A stretch of 63,534 nucleotides of DNA, the filler included, from Hausera hauseri (lineage: Eukaryota), in the NCBI GenBank assembly GCA_046269625.1. It is 10 parts of 10 records of this genome, joined end to end, with 100 filler letters (N's around TTAATTAATTAA, not from the genome) between each part and the next. Parts side by side here need not be neighbours in the genome. Positions count along the whole stretch, not along the records: positions 40,405 to 55,156 come from JBJURY010544341.1; 9 more parts are not named here. One strand, given 5' to 3'. A program made the position numbers and the translations under genes. The first letter of the stretch is position 1, and every line of letters begins with the position of its first letter. The notes under the pieces are model-generated. The model saw only the letters and a program-made list of their open reading frames with translations. It had not been told where the DNA came from and searched no databases. This document shows positions 40,305 through 55,074 of the stretch, piece by piece.

Positions 40305-40894
40305 NNNNNNNNNNNNNNNNNNNNNNNNNNNNNNNNNNNNNNNNNNNNTTAATTAATTAANNNNNNNNNNNNNNNNNNNNNNNNNNNNNNNNNNNNNNNN
40401 NNNNATAATGTGTGCGTGGGTTTAATCCCCCCCCCCCCAATAAAAAATGTTGGTAGCCATCTTGAACAGCTTCTTTAATAACTAAATCTGATTAACAACT
40501 CTTGCCACAGTGAAAACCATGTATATTTCTATTGTTTTGACTTGTGTCTTTGCGTAAGATTCATTTGTCCTCAACTTGTGAAGCAATGCATTATGGAATA
40601 TTGTAATGTCTTTGCAGGAGACTTGAGTTCGCTTCGCGATCTAGTCCGGGCCAGGATCAACATACTTGCCGAGACCTCCTTGCACTTCCGCGTAGTGCAT
40701 TCTAGAAACAGCAGAAATTCTGACCGAGGTTTGGAGGATCAATGCCTGTCCCCAGTTGATAGGTGGATCACTCATAGGAGGCGAAGCATTGCACTGAAGT
40801 CTGGAGAACCTCGGTCCATCCTCCTAGACACCAATGGGCAACAGGAATGCTCAACGCAACTACTCCTGAGTCCTTAATAGAAATAAAGCTCTTA

Positions 40895-40960
40895 TCAGGG
40901 CTCATTCAGAAAAGCTGACGCTCGGTGATGAGAATATCAAACAACAACAAACAACAACAG
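40895..40960 (+). repeat. Dispersed retroposon-tail-like repeat (copies also near 41535-41585 and 50725-50785)
   Basis: Shared CAGAA.A.CTGACGCTCGGTGATG.G..ATCA followed by short simple repeats. Confidence 0.7.
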
Positions 40961-42499
40961 TGTCTCTGCACAGAGTTGACTTCCGTGTCAAGCGATTTGA
41001 TGCCAGTTTTCCCCAGTCACTATCATCAATGAAAACCCTTCATTTATTTTTTATAGATTTCCTTATATCTAAACTTTGGCGTCCCTCTTGTCCTAATCTA
41101 TTTTTTAATGTCGTTGTCATTCATTCATCTCACATGTCCATGTCCCAACCATTCAAAGTACTACAAAGTACTGCCATGAGAGAGGCTAGTTTGGCATGAA
41201 AATTATCTCGACATGGACAGCTGACTCAGCTGATGAGTTACTTTGGCATAGAAGTCTAAAACGTGTGACATTCGACTCCCTGATGATCATAATGAAGGAA
41301 GAAAGAACGCAGAAGCCGTGACTATATTACTGACACATTTATAACCAATACTCGGAGGAGGAAGTGCCGTGAGCCTGGCGACCCATAGCCGACCCTCATT
41401 CCCAGTGCCACGGATGACAAATCATAGTCAGTCAAGAGGACCTCGATCCATCTCTTAGACACCACCGGTACAGTAGGAAAGCTCAGCTGCCCTCCCCGAT
41501 AGATCTTCTTGCGACTGAAACATCCTTTCTCAAAGTTCATCCAGAAAATCTGACGCTCGGTGATGTGGAGATCATCAATCACTCATTAACCAATACTCAG
41601 AGTATTAATTCCAGCGTAAAATCGGTTGTGATGATTGTCTCAGACAAACTTGGACAAACATTGGGACAATGAAATAAAAACTACAAACATATGTGAATAA
41701 AATCCTAAGACAAATACTCAGCATTAGAATGGTAGACATCGTTTGAAATGAAGATCTGCTAACTAGCACGGGACAGGAACGACTCATGGGGAGCATAGAA
41801 AAGAAGGATAGGAGACACACTACGTAGAGAAAAAAGCAACATTGCGAAACGTGCTTTGCAGTGGACAAAGAGAAGGTTTGAAACACCAACAATAACCTGG
41901 AGACTAGCCCTAGCCACACAGACTAGCGCACACTGGCGGACACCCATGTTCACGCAGTTAGCGATGCTTACAAAATGAAAACAAAATGGAATATAATATA
42001 TAACGGAAAATTTAAAAAAAAAAACGAAATTTAAAAATCTTGTAAGCAACGAGAATATTACAGACAGTAGCTGTCCATTGCAAACGGGAAAAAATCAATA
42101 CTGTTACAACTTTCCGCCTCGCCACCAAACCCAATGTTAGCACGCTAACATGACTGTAGGGGGGACGGCGGAGTATTATTGTGATGATAGGTTACACTCC
42201 CGACTTATTTCTTTTGAAGTTTACCGCAGATGTTCCATTCTAATGTTAGCAACTAGAGAAATGCTGACAAGTCACCAAGTTCAGACGAACGGTTGTGTGC
42301 TTAGCATTCTTGATGCGTTTTAAAATTATTTTGCGGGAAAAGTATTGTTTCTATGCGGCTCCATAGGAGTTACGTAGTCATTATTTCATTCAAGAAGTTT
42401 AGACCAGACAAGTACAGAGGTGAACTATTTCTTAATTTCAGTAATGTAATTAAATAATTTCAAATCCTGATGAAACCTTTGGAAATTTGTTCTTCTGTT

Positions 42500-42807
42500 T
42501 GCCTCGAGTGCTAGAGGTACCGAGTTCGAATCCCGTTGGAAGCACTTGGGATTTTTTCTCCTGGATCTTCTAGTAATAAATTCGCCTGATCTCTGGATGG
42601 TGAGTTCGGACGTCCGTGTTCATTGTCGTGAACGTTAAAAATCATTTGGCAGTTGGAAATGGAAAAAAAAGTAGGCCTAACGGCCGCTGTCCGGAAAAAA
42701 AATTCTAGGAAAAATCTACCCCCAGGGCAGAAATGTAAAAAGGCAATATTGACTATTTCTCAACCCTGGTTAAATAAAGATCTTATCTATCTTATTTTAT
42801 CTTATCT
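42500..42807 (+). mobile_element. tRNA-derived SINE
   Basis: B-box GTTCGAATCCC at 42524-42534, AATAAA and a (TCTTA)n tail. A second diverged copy lies on the minus strand at about 45630-45850. Confidence 0.75.
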
Positions 42808-43191
42808 AGTTTAAACTTTCCGTAATGCCTTAATCTATGGGTAAACAGTAGTGAGTAGTGACATTGGACAAATAATATAATGTGCTATCACTTTGAAAAA
42901 TTCCACGCTCCGCCACTGCCAGCGTACTAAGTACATCACGGAACAGAATAAGAATAGTTTGCCAGAGATGGAGATCTAGTGTTGGCGTTATAATCCAACA
43001 ATGAAAAGAACATGAAGTATTAGTAGTTACAATACAAACGTTACAACACCGCCGTGTGGGTTTATCAAGTGCACACCATATATATATATATTAAATGTAT
43101 TAATAGCACGTTTACATTAGCTCGTGTTTCACTGGATTACACGTATCTACATATTTCATGAACTCACAACATTTCACATATTCTTCTTCAG

Positions 43192-43896
43192 ATGTGTTCA
43201 ACATTTGCATTCACCGCTTCAATCTGGCAAAATGAAATAATAAATGGTAATCAAACAGTTATCTTCAAAAATGTTATCAACAACATTGGAGATTGCTACG
43301 ACAGCGCGACTGGAGTCTTTACGGCTCTCAAGGTAAGGGATCCAACTGACACGCTTAGATCTAACTAGTAAATCTTACCGCTGGAAATGTGCACAATGGG
43401 ACGTGCTGTGGGTTTGATGAAATATAATTTCATGGTATACATATATGGTTAATTTTGTTTTTTTTTTCCAGCAGTTAATCAAGTTTCTACTTTGAAAATG
43501 TGGACTTTTATTTGAAACAAGACGACTAAAATTAGAATTGTTTGCCATTGAGAAGAAACTAATGATATGCATGAAAGACTTCAATCTCTATGTGATAGAA
43601 TATGTTGCGCACCTAAAAATTAGGCAAATGGATTTTCTGTAATTTTTTTTAAGATATATTAGTTTTGTCCCGAGATGAGTCCCGAGAGTTCAAAACAGTT
43701 GGTGTATATATTATGTGTATTGTAGTTTACTCGACCTTAATTACACAAAGTCGCCTCGATAGAAAATTACTTTCATACATCATATCATGAATTGTTTGGT
43801 GGTAGACCTGGGAATGTTATCAGGATAAGCTGTTTGGTGACAGTATCGTACAATAAGTTAAAATATATTATTATTCTTGGTGATTGTTGCAGTAGC

Positions 43897-43939
<43 letters not shown>

Positions 43940-46900
43940 AACACATAATTAATTATTGTTTATTTGACGAGCCACCTCTGCTGTCTGGTTACGAAAACTA
44001 TGGCACACAGTTAGTACACTCTTACTGAATTTTAAATGAAAAGCAAAGTTATAGAAAACTGCAATTTGGTATTCCATAACCCAGGTCATAAATTATCGAG
44101 TCCGTCAGATGTCTCTTATGTTGTTTGTAAGTAAGCAGCAATGTGTCTGTGAATTTGGTTAAACAGTAATTAAAATCGTAACCCGATACGTGCCTAGCAT
44201 TGATTTATTTAGTCAGTAGTCGGATCATCATTACTGCACTCCGGACAAGTGACCACCTGAATAAATGCTCCAATTTCCTACTCAGTGTATTCACCAGCAG
44301 GCGATTATTGAGGACTTCAGTTTTATATTGCTAAATGAATTAATTTATTGTCTTCTCCTTTGCGTATAAGGATCGTGTCTGACACCAACACGTTTTGCTT
44401 GAAGTTCCCAATTCCGGGCAGAAATATAGTAAGTCATCACTCGAATCCGCTCTTCACCTTGCCTGCCTGAGCTTTCACGGTTTCCGCCATACCCACTCCT
44501 CTACCGGTTGCTACATTAGCCATGCTCCCACCTGTCTGTTTTTTATTTCCATTTTCTGACCTCTGTTTGTATAGCAAGAAAAATGAAAGTGACTCTCTGC
44601 AGCCTTGATCTCTTCACAGACTCCAGCCACTGCCTTCGTTTATAGCAAGTCTTAAATCTCATGACCAAGCTGATCGAGAAACTTAAAATACTGACATATG
44701 TAACATTGTAAGTTTTCAGCCAAACCATTACCTTGGTCATGACTATCAACCATCCACAGCAATGCTCTTTGGGGTCACTACAAAGGCATCACTGACTTTC
44801 TTAACTATTCTCCCTCTACACTGAGCTGTCAAAACTCCTATTCTACGGGAAGGACGTAACACCACTTTATCTGTTAGATAACATTATAACTTTCTGTTCA
44901 CTTATCACTGACCAAAAATCCTGCAAACTATCGCCACTAGATGTTTCCATTTGCTTTGCCTGCCAAATGTGATCATATGAATGAGGAAGAAATTCTGGAA
45001 ATGTGCCTAAAAATTAAAATTATATTTACCTGTTTCTATGCCTGCCAGTAGAACTTACATCGTTGTTGTCCCTTTTTACATAGACAGTTGTTAAAAATCA
45101 TAATAACAAACCTGACACCTCTGCAACATCGTCACCGCATTGTGAGAGATGCGGCGAACATATTGAAAACCTCCGGTCTGTCAAATTCCTTGTCCGAATA
45201 TTAAGTTGCCTATTTTATTTCTGCTTGCAAAAAGTGACATAGTTGCCACATTTATTTTTTTTTTCATGTTGTGCAAGGCTGGGGTTTACGACTTCAGTTT
45301 CCAACTATATAGCTGTGATGACAAGGAAATCTTTGCTGATCTTTACCAAAATGATGAGTATGTGATTTCAGCTCATGGTGGACCACATTGTGGCTATACC
45401 TCTGCAAGTAAGTTCTGAAGTAATTTTCTACATGTTTACTATGCGGCGCCACCAGCTTCGTCACATCCTTGCCACAATAAATATATATTTATTGTCCTCA
45501 TTTTCCTGTTGATTCGTTTAATACTATTACTTTTAATTTTAGTTGTCGTCCAGGGATCAGTGTCTCCACAGATGGATGTATATCCATATATCCATAATTT
45601 TATCATTCTCCTGTATTCTGGAGATCTCTGTTTGAATAAATTTTTTCTAGAATTTTTTTCCGGACTGTGGCCCATTTGGTTACTCTTTTTTAATTTCCAA
45701 GTGCCAAGAGATTTTTATGGTGCACAACAATGTACACGGATATTGAACCCAGAGATCAAGGGAATATATTTTTTTTTACCAGAAAATACAGACAAAAAGA
45801 ACAAATCCTTAGCGCAACTTGCCTCTAGAGTACTGAGTTTCCGAGCATTCAGAGAAAGTGGCTGACATGCGTACATCGTAAGGTAGGAAATAACCAGCCA
45901 TAAGTCATCGCTTGGGTTTGGACGGAATTAGCTATCTTAATTCCAGAGCGATTCATCATCATTATCGTCATCATTATGTGGCATGACCTTTTCAGAATAT
46001 CGCCCTTATCAAAGTCCGTCTGAAGGATTCTCTTTCTCTGGTCAGCGCGCCTGGTTCCCCCAAGTTCATGTTCAAAATCTCCTTGATGTCCTCTGTCAAA
46101 CTTGGTCATCCCTAGCCTCGTGTGTCAGGAACATTACCCCACATTACTGTTCTCTCCAAACCATGATGGTGGTGGTGGATCCCCTGTAGCTGCGAGCTAA
46201 TTGCTCTTGGCAGCTGATGCCATTCTGAAGTGCGTTGATGTTCTTCTGAGCTGCTCTGTATCTGTATAGACAGTTTTGTGTGGTGTGGGAATTAGGTAGA
46301 CGTTCTTCGCTGAAATCTCTCAGATGTTGGTATTTAAAGAGAATGTGTTCAACAGTTTCCTCCTCAAAGTTACAATGTCTGCACATGACATTGTTCTTGC
46401 TGCTAATTCTACTTAGACGTTTGTTTAGGGTTGTATGCTGTGTTCGAAGTCTGAAAATAACAGCTTAGTCTTGCCAATCAAAGTTATTTGATACATCATT
46501 ATGATTACGTTTAGGCATTTGGCTGTACCGCTTATGTCCGGTTCAGCCAATCCTTTTTGGGTGTGGTAGCCAGTAATTTTTTCATGGTGGTGACAGGTAA
46601 TTCCCTGCTTTTTTGGGCTAATCGAGCACACTTTTTTGCGAGCCTGCCTGCTAGCTTGTTACCAGTTATTTCACAGTGTCCTGGTATCCACCTTGTAGTC
46701 ACGGAGATATCATATTCTTGTTCGATCTTATTGGCTATAATTATAACTTAGTCTACATAGTAGCGTTCTAACTTTTAATAGCTGTTAGTGCTGACTGAGC
46801 ATTAGAGAATATGTGTATATCCTGTGGTTCTGTCTTGTCATATTTCAGGCTTTTTTCAGGCTCCTTTCACTAGCGACCGACTCTGCTGTGTAGTTAGTAG

Positions 46901-48843
46901 AACTCTCTTTAATGGCCAAAGATGTGTGGGTTGACATTCTCGTGGGTTGAATGTACTGGATGATTGCTCCGTATCCTGCAAATTACACAAAAGAAGACAT
47001 ACACATCTACACAGATGGATAGACATTCAAAGAAACCACATACGCAGGATACGGATGATGATTCTGAGTTGGAGACTAGTTTTGTCAGTTGTCAGTATAT
47101 TTTTTTTAATATAAAAAAGAAAGGTTTCTGATCTTTATTGTGGTTTTATTATAGTCAGGATCAGTTGTTCTAAACCTTCAGGGCTATTTAAAAGTATGGC
47201 TGTATTATCTGAATGTTACCACCGATTGTGAAAAGATCATAGTTTGCACTGTTTTCATCCTCTTTGACATTTCTCATTACATTTTCGGTATATACACCTA
47301 AACATACCTCCATTTTGCTTTGTTTTTGTAGATCCTTTGTTCTATTACATGCATTTGTTATGTATTTTATATTTTTGACTTTCCTGAATTGTCATCTGAT
47401 GTTTGTGGTACAGTTTCTACAGTTGTCGCTTTTCCTTTTTTCCTTTCTCGCTTTAATTTTCGTCTTTCATTCATGAGTCTCAATGTTTTATTTATGATGG
47501 AGTTCTGTTTCATTTGGAGTTTCCCTGATATTATGACTTGTGCTTTTAAAATGAGAACGTTCCTCGTGGGTGTGGCTAGCTCGTTGGACGTCATGTCCTC
47601 TTGTATTGCAATTAGAACTTCCAACTTGTTTTGAATTCGATGTTGTCTTCTGGGGGTATGATCTTTAAATCATATCGCTTTGGTTGGACTTCCTTTTATG
47701 ACTAGTTTAAGCTTTATGTTTAAATCTGCTATCAGCAACTCATGATCTGAGCCACAGTCTGCTGCTATTAATGTCTTTGTATCTGTTATACTTGATCTCC
47801 ATTTTTGTTGCATTAGGATGTAGAATATTTGATTCATCGTATTATCATCTGGTTAAGTCCATGTATATAGCGTTTTGAGGTGTTATTTAGAAAGTTTTTG
47901 TGACGGACAACATATTTTTAGCAGGAGTATATATAGGTCCGGACGGAAGGCAACGGGAAACTACCGTCTGTATTTTCCAAGTTTTTTTAAATGAAGATTT
48001 ACAGTATAGCAGAAAATTCACTGGGAAAGTAAAGGCGGCCTGGCGTTATGCAGACATCATAACCCAATCATGTGCCCTTGTGAAGGATACATGTAGACAC
48101 TAACTCTACATTTCCCTGTAGTCATGAAATGGATAAGACAGGGTAATGATGGTGAAATTAAAACGAAGAAAACAAGATATACATTTTATAAAAGCATATC
48201 CTCTAGCAACGAGAAGCTCAGAAGAAGAAATTGAACAGCTCTATGAAGCAATGTAAATTTGGAGAACTTACCTTAGTAATATTTTAATGCCAAAGTAGGA
48301 AGTGAATCGGATGGAGAATCGTGACTAGCATTACAGCCAGCGGTGTTGGGGTCGGCTAGTCCCTTTTAGGGGCGGTGAAATGTAATAGTCTACTGATATC
48401 CCACTTTCACTCAAGCCAACCCAATCTCAAGTGGTGCAGGCTGGAAACCGTCCGTGAGGTCACCATATATATATATATGTGGTAGTTAAATTGTTGAAAA
48501 CTTGATATTGCATGTCCCAGTCTTGTAGTTGTAAAATGTAATTAGAAGGGGCTGGGCTGGACAATATTAAAACCTCTAAAATCATACGCTCGTATGCGCC
48601 TTGTCTAAACGAGTTAAGTTGTTTGACGTCTGTTCATTCTTTCAGACATAAAATTGAAAGGTGAGTGTTCCCGAGCAAGTGTTTTAAGTGACCTTTCTTG
48701 AACTGTTATTTGTTTCAGGTAATCACGTGACTCTGCAACTGAACGAAGGTGACAGAGTCTACGTAAAAACTCGCCGTTCTGTTCATCTCTATGGCCGACC
48801 CTTTGATGCCCACAACACCTTTTCTGGACGCCTGATTCAGTGA
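43192..48843 (+). CDS. C1q-domain-containing protein; exons 43192-43332, 45278-45407, 48719-48843 (upstream exons possible)
   Basis: GT-AG junctions join in frame (phases 0 and 1) to give 131 aa: MCSTFAFTAS...VIFKNVINNIGDCYDSATGVFTALK|AGVYDFSF...YTSAS|NHVTLQLNEGDRVYVK...HNTFSGRLIQ*, a complete globular C1q domain. Confidence 0.92.
43891..43938. repeat. (AGT)n microsatellite within a C1q intron
   Basis: Near-perfect trinucleotide run. Confidence 0.95.
46190..47060 (-). mobile_element. RNase H-containing non-LTR retrotransposon, 3' fragment
   Basis: WIPGHCEITGNKLAGRLAK (RNase H), CRHCNFEEETVEHILF (C-terminal CCHC), and an inverted IYTDG piece near 47005-47060. Confidence 0.75.
47150..48330. 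mobile_element. RTE-like LINE endonuclease fragments in both orientations
   Basis: Minus strand: YTWT.PD..TMNQI.YIL..KWRSSI...ADCGSDHELLI. Plus strand: EEEIEQLYE...FNAKVG. Confidence 0.75.
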
Positions 48844-49291
48844 GACATTTCAGACCCAGAACCTGAGTTTTAATTATCAGGTTCAATACCAGGATTCTTT
48901 ATTCTAGCACCATGATTACACTAAGAAATTATAAAACCATATTACACTAAGAAATAATAATGCACACACATGCGCTTACACTGCTGCACGATTTGAAACA
49001 AATTAAAAAGAAAGATTGTAATGAACGATTGTTCGTCAGATTTTCTTTCAGTTATGTCATTAATCGTAAAGTAAATAAATTCAATGAAGCATCTATCAAT
49101 TCTGATTGCTTGTTACAACTATACAGATTAATATTGATATATCCTAATGAAATAAAAACAAATTAAAAGATTTCATGAAACAAAACCACAATTGTTTGGT
49201 TTTTGTTTGGTTTCGTCATGTTTTAATTATTTGTCATATCTTAATTACCGTGTTACTAACTTTAGACCAAAACCTTTAAAGAAATGGGTCA

Positions 49292-49348
49292 ACACACACA
49301 CACACAGTCACTCACACACACACAGTCACACACACACACACACACACA
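49292..49348. repeat. Imperfect (CA)n microsatellite
   Basis: Direct inspection. Confidence 0.9.
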
Positions 49349-50239
49349 ACTATATATATATAAAATTACTTTCTTATAGAAGCCAGTGTATCCATCAATG
49401 CAGTATCCGAAGTCTAATGTCTCTGATCATTTATAATTCACTGTTGATCTTTTTACCGCAAAATTTATTCTGCCACTAAAATCCCCGCAAAAGTCCTCCA
49501 ATGATGTTTTCCAGAAATCTGTGTACAATTTTGCCTACCCCTTTTTTCCTTCCATTAAAACAATTAATGAAGCAATATTCTGTCATGCACTATCTGTTAC
49601 TGTCAAGAAAGATGATAGAACAGTCAGTTAGTCAACAGATCCCCATACTACATCAGTAACACGTCCATTATTTCTTCGAGTTATTGCTCAAAAACCCCAG
49701 CAGCACAAGACATCATTCTGTGATTAATCAAACTTCTGCTGCCTGCAGCATGTCGGCAAACACGTTGAAACACATTCTCTGCCCAGTCCATCTTTTTCAC
49801 TCTTCTGCCATTTAACTGAGGAAAAGACTAGTACAGTGTTATGTAATGGCGATATTTCTGTGTGCATGTGAAACATGGGCAATAAATCAACGAATGAAAA
49901 AAAGATGTAGACATAATAGAAGCGTGGTTTTGGGGAACAAAAATGCAACTCATCACCAGGACAGGAAAGAAAATAAATCAAGAAATCATGAATGAAGTTG
50001 GAGAATATCGCAAACGTATCAGTACCGGTGACCTAAGACAAAGACAATCAAATGTTTTTTGACATGTGACGGGAAGACAACAACTGGATAATCTGGCAAT
50101 TGTTGGAAAGTTTGAAACACAGATTGAAAGGAGTTGGCAAAGTCACATAGGAAGGAGAGTATAACAGAACAGATCGGAGATATCAAAGCCTGCACATTAT
50201 GGAGAAACATGATCGTCCACGCCTACCGGCACCTAAAAA

Positions 50240-50600
50240 ATGAATGAACATCGTCATGTAGCGTATCTTTAGCAGAACGTCATTCTCATCACAGCCCGTC
50301 CGAAAGACGTTCTGTCTTTCGCCGCCTTAACTAATTCTTTATTTTTGTTCAGAGTCTCCTTGATATCTTGTGTTTACGTCGTCTTTGTCAACCCTTGCCA
50401 CATGTTCTTTGAACATACCTTTCATTGATGTGCTTTCCTGACCATCGTGGTGTTTAACACGGCCAGTGTATTTCAGCTTTCCAGACATGACACTGATAAT
50501 GACCCAGTTATTTGTGATGTTACATTCTCGGAGTTTTTCTTCCTCTGTTTTTGTTCCATTATACTGTAAGTCTTCTTAGAAGGAGTCTATTGTTTTCTTT
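50240..50600 (-). mobile_element. LINE (RTE-like) 3' tail remnant
   Basis: Degenerate KLKYTGRVKHHDG..MKG motif. Related tail pieces at about 45960-46180, 50780-50880 and 51290-51420. Confidence 0.55.
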
Positions 50601-53600
50601 ATTACTTGTGCAACTGCACAGAATTCACGTCCATGTTTTACTTCGGTCCACCCTCCCAGACACAACTGGAACAGCAGGAAAGCACATCGTCACTACTCCA
50701 TAGTCTTAGGTTCACAGCCATTAACAGGGCTCATCCAGAAGAGCTGACGCTCGGTGATGTGGGGATCATCAGTCAATCATCATCATGGTGTCTGTCCTCT
50801 GCAGAGCGTCGCCCTCATTACAGCCCGTCTGAAAGATGCTCTGTCTCTCGTCAGTTCGCCAGCCTCGCTCAAGTTCATATTCATAGTTGGGGGAGTAAAG
50901 ACTGTCAGTCTCTAGATGTGTCTCGAAGTACTCCTGGTGCTCCACGATAGGAGCAGACAAGGCTCTGCCGACTCATCACGCACGGAGCGGGATGAGGCGT
51001 CCGATGACCGCTTCTATTGATTGTCCCTAATCTACTGAATGACAAGATTTAGTCGATGGTTCAATGAGAAAATCCTAGACACGCCGCAGCTCTGGCGGCA
51101 GAGTCGAAATCGGCTGCACGAGGCCTGAGGTGTATATGGGTGACGACTATTACGAAGGGTGAGGTTGTGCTACGCAGGAGGCGGACCCTTAAGCGAAGCT
51201 TCGTGACCAGCCTAGTAGCTCGAGATCAGGCATAACGGACCTGCCTATGTCTCTTCCCAAAACGTACAATACGAAGTGGAACTGTCCAGATGATGATTAG
51301 ATCAGATATTCAGAGTTTCCTTGATGATTTGTGTCCAGTGTCATCTTGGTCTTCCTTTGTCTCTTATGCCAGGAACAATACCTTACATTACTGTTCTCTC
51401 CAGGCCATCATGACGTTTAACGTGGCCAAAATATATAAATCAAGAAATAAAGATTTACATTCACATTACATTCACATTCCCTAATTTACATTTACATTCT
51501 AGCATTTTAAAAAATATCAAGTAACATGTCAAAGCCAGCAAGATAGATTTACTGTATCTGGCATGCTGCTATCTCAAACTTACAAACACCACGTAAAAAC
51601 TCAGCCAAACCGGCTACTGTATATCATAATCCCCAATAGAACATTAGGGGATACAGAACACGAGGCTAATATGGATAGATGGAGAGGAAGAAGTTGCTAA
51701 AAAATACAAAAAACTTGTATAATCGGTATATTAGAAGAAACAATATGTCAGTCCTGTTACGTACATTAACATATAAACACGCACATACACGCACGCGCAC
51801 ACATAATTAAGCACACTATTACACACACCTATGTGTGATTCCATCTTTCGTGTTTTCAGACTTTTTCTATGATATGTGTTGTCTTGTTTTCATGTTCTAG
51901 TTGTTTAATAAAAGAGCTATTTTGTACTGCTGTGAACTGTGAACCAGTGTTGTAACTATGGCGAAAGTGTCCGGTACAAATTCTGAGACTGCTGTGTATC
52001 AGAACTCACACCACACCTTAAGTTTTATCTCCATTGTAAACTTCAGCCTTGCTTTCTGACACGGAAACTTTAAGAACATAGCTACGGTAAAACAAAAACA
52101 AACACAGACAAACGCTCGTGCTGTGATAGCCATACACCATTTCGAACCTACGTCTATTAGAGATGGCAGCAGTAGACCTCGTCATGAACTGCATCAGAAA
52201 ATCGTTTTAAAAGCCAATTAAGCACAGAGAACAAAAACCATTGCCGGAGATATTTTACAATGAAACGACTAGGGACAGAAGAGAGTCGGGAGACAAAAAA
52301 CAGTATGGATAGTCGCATGTCATGGGCACTAAAGGTACAAAAAAGAGAGGGAGACAGAAAGCGAGAGATGTATGCAATACCATACGTCAAGTTAACCTAA
52401 TGCCATGAAACAAACATTATAATGTCTACAACCCTAAATGAAACTATCAAAAAAGCTCTTTTTAAGATAGAAAAGAATCACACTGCAGCTGGATTCTCGC
52501 TCTGAATTAGCGACTGTGTATAACGGTAGATAATGTGAACATACCTGCATGATCGTGGTGATGGTTTTGTTTTCCATAAGCTGAAATCACGTAGCCATCG
52601 TTTTTGTACAGGTCAATACAGATTTCCCTGTTGCTGTTACTTAGAGCGTGAAAATGAAAGACATAAAATCCAGGCAGCAAATAAAATAAATATATGCGGT
52701 ATTTATTGTATTATCGCAGACTAAAAATCAATATATGGAGCATCTGAGTCTGAGTTTTAGTGTTGTTACAGCATTACAAGGCACCAGCTTCACGTACTTC
52801 TCGTCTCAGACTGTAAATCAGTGACAACTCTGTTAATCGATCTGTTGCTTGACATTATACTAGAATATCATATACATGCGATATTATTCTTCAAGCTCCC
52901 ATGTTTAGCTCACCAATGATTCTCAACGTGTACATATTAAGTACCATATGAGATAGGGGGACCTCTGTACAAGGCCAGGGCATATTATTGTTTGGTCCGA
53001 TGCCATACCTAAATATTGTTGTTCTCTGTAACAGCACTGCAGAGTTAAAGCAGTGCTGATGAAAAAGGCTGAGATCTGGAAGTAAGAGACGCCCTTGCTT
53101 TAATTTTACCTAATATACACTCAGCTCTTTAACAAAAATTTCTCCCACTTGGCAGCCATTTTTTCATTTGTTTTAAAAAAAACCCACCTTTACGTTTCTG
53201 AAGATTTGTGATAGTAAACGAAACAAACCACAACAAAAGCATAGTTATGCACCTTGACATAAAGCTAAAAACGGGAAACGGAAGAAACAATAAAAGAGGT
53301 GCTTCAGTATTGTGATTAGGAGCAGACGTATATTCTGCCGGTCAAATAATTTTGATCCAAGTTGAGTATGCGTTGAGTAGAATGAGGAGATTTTACTCGA
53401 AGAAACTAGCTAAATTTGTTCGTATAACCATAACGCCTACATCGGGTTGGTCGTTGGTGAGGTAATGAAGCTCCAGATTCTGATTTTGTACACTTGCCAT
53501 TCTGCGTAAAGGAAGCATGGACCATTGTTGTTAGACATTTTGTTTATCCAGAGAGAAGGAGCGAAGCAAAATATGTTGTTGTGCAATTAAAGCGTTGTTA

Positions 53601-55074
53601 ATTCTGGAAGATACGGTAAGACATGTTATGAAATATTATTAACAGTGGAGTTAAAAGCCAAACTGTTATGTTATAAGTTAAACATCGTTTGAAAGATACA
53701 AAAGATATAAACACTTGCATTGTGAGTGATATTCAACATAGCCCAAGGTGTTGACCTACTTTGATGTACTTAGCAGTTTACAATGTACCACATTCAACCT
53801 TAATAAATAAAGATGTTGCAGATATGAATTATCTGAACTTCGAGCATGTGAAGCAATTTGTTAATCTAGTGAACAAGCATTTGAAGGGACAATATTTACG
53901 GAGCATCATTGATCTGAAGTATATATTTAATGCTTTCTTGTGAACCAACATGGAGATACAGGAAAACAATCTGTACTTCTAAGGTCTCTTATGACATGGT
54001 GAGATTTAACTAAGATTGCAGAACCATAGCGGAGATTTCGAATGATAGATACATGAACATGAGTTTATGAAATGCAACTGAGAACAGCTAGCACAGATAT
54101 GATATATCTTCCAAACATGTGTGACTTCCTGTGCTAATAATCGTTTGTTGACAAGAATATGACAGGAACCAGATTTGCGTTCCAGGAAAAGGTGTGATAT
54201 ATTGCCTATACTCATATCAGTGACATATATGAAGATTCTTCCTTTATATTTTTGTGCATAACCTACTTATTACTGTCATTTATCTTTTCCTTGATTAAAG
54301 AAGTGTTATTCAGTGAATAGCTTCATGTTTATTAGTGCATGACATTGCATGACTTGAAAGTTGGATGCACAGATAATCCCTAACAATTCAGCAGGTATAG
54401 TATTACTTCTAATAACCCATGAAGTGACTAATTGAAACTGGAAGAGAAGAGTCGAAAGAGTGAGACATAAAGACTATTTCTCACCACTCTTATATTTTGG
54501 CCATGCCGTGACACCACCAAGATTATATCACAAATAACTTGGTGGTGCCGCGACCCAGGCACTAGACCAGATTTGGAGGGAATGTAAATTCTGCATTATA
54601 ACTCAGGCAACAACATACGATTGTTACAAAAGATTTAATACTTAAAGGAGACATAGCAAGTTCAATTGTTCAAGTCACACACCCTATCATACACTTTTCC
54701 TAGAGCTGTATGAGCACACGAAGATTGTGAAGGTTGGATGACTGAATAGTTAAAGTTAAGAAAGAACTACAGAGAGATCAGAATAAATAATGCAGAAGCG
54801 GGAAAGAAGAGGTGATTACTTCACAAGAACGTATAGACACAATGTTGACGGAATAAAACACGTGAAACAAGCATATCAAGAAATATATCAAACACTAGAA
54901 GACATGCAACAACAACACCATCAACCAAGGCATCTCACCTTCTGTCTATTTGATGTGTTCTTTCCGACACTTCATTATAGATTATACCGTAAAGAAACAA
55001 ACAAATACATGTATGAACAGGGCACTCTATAAGAACAAACCAGACAGCAGAAAAAAACAGAGAGGAAATTGGTC

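Noticed and set aside
42500-42545. tRNA gene candidates (also 55075-55156)
   Set aside because: B-box present but no cloverleaf. The first has a SINE body and tail and a second copy, so both are treated as SINEs.
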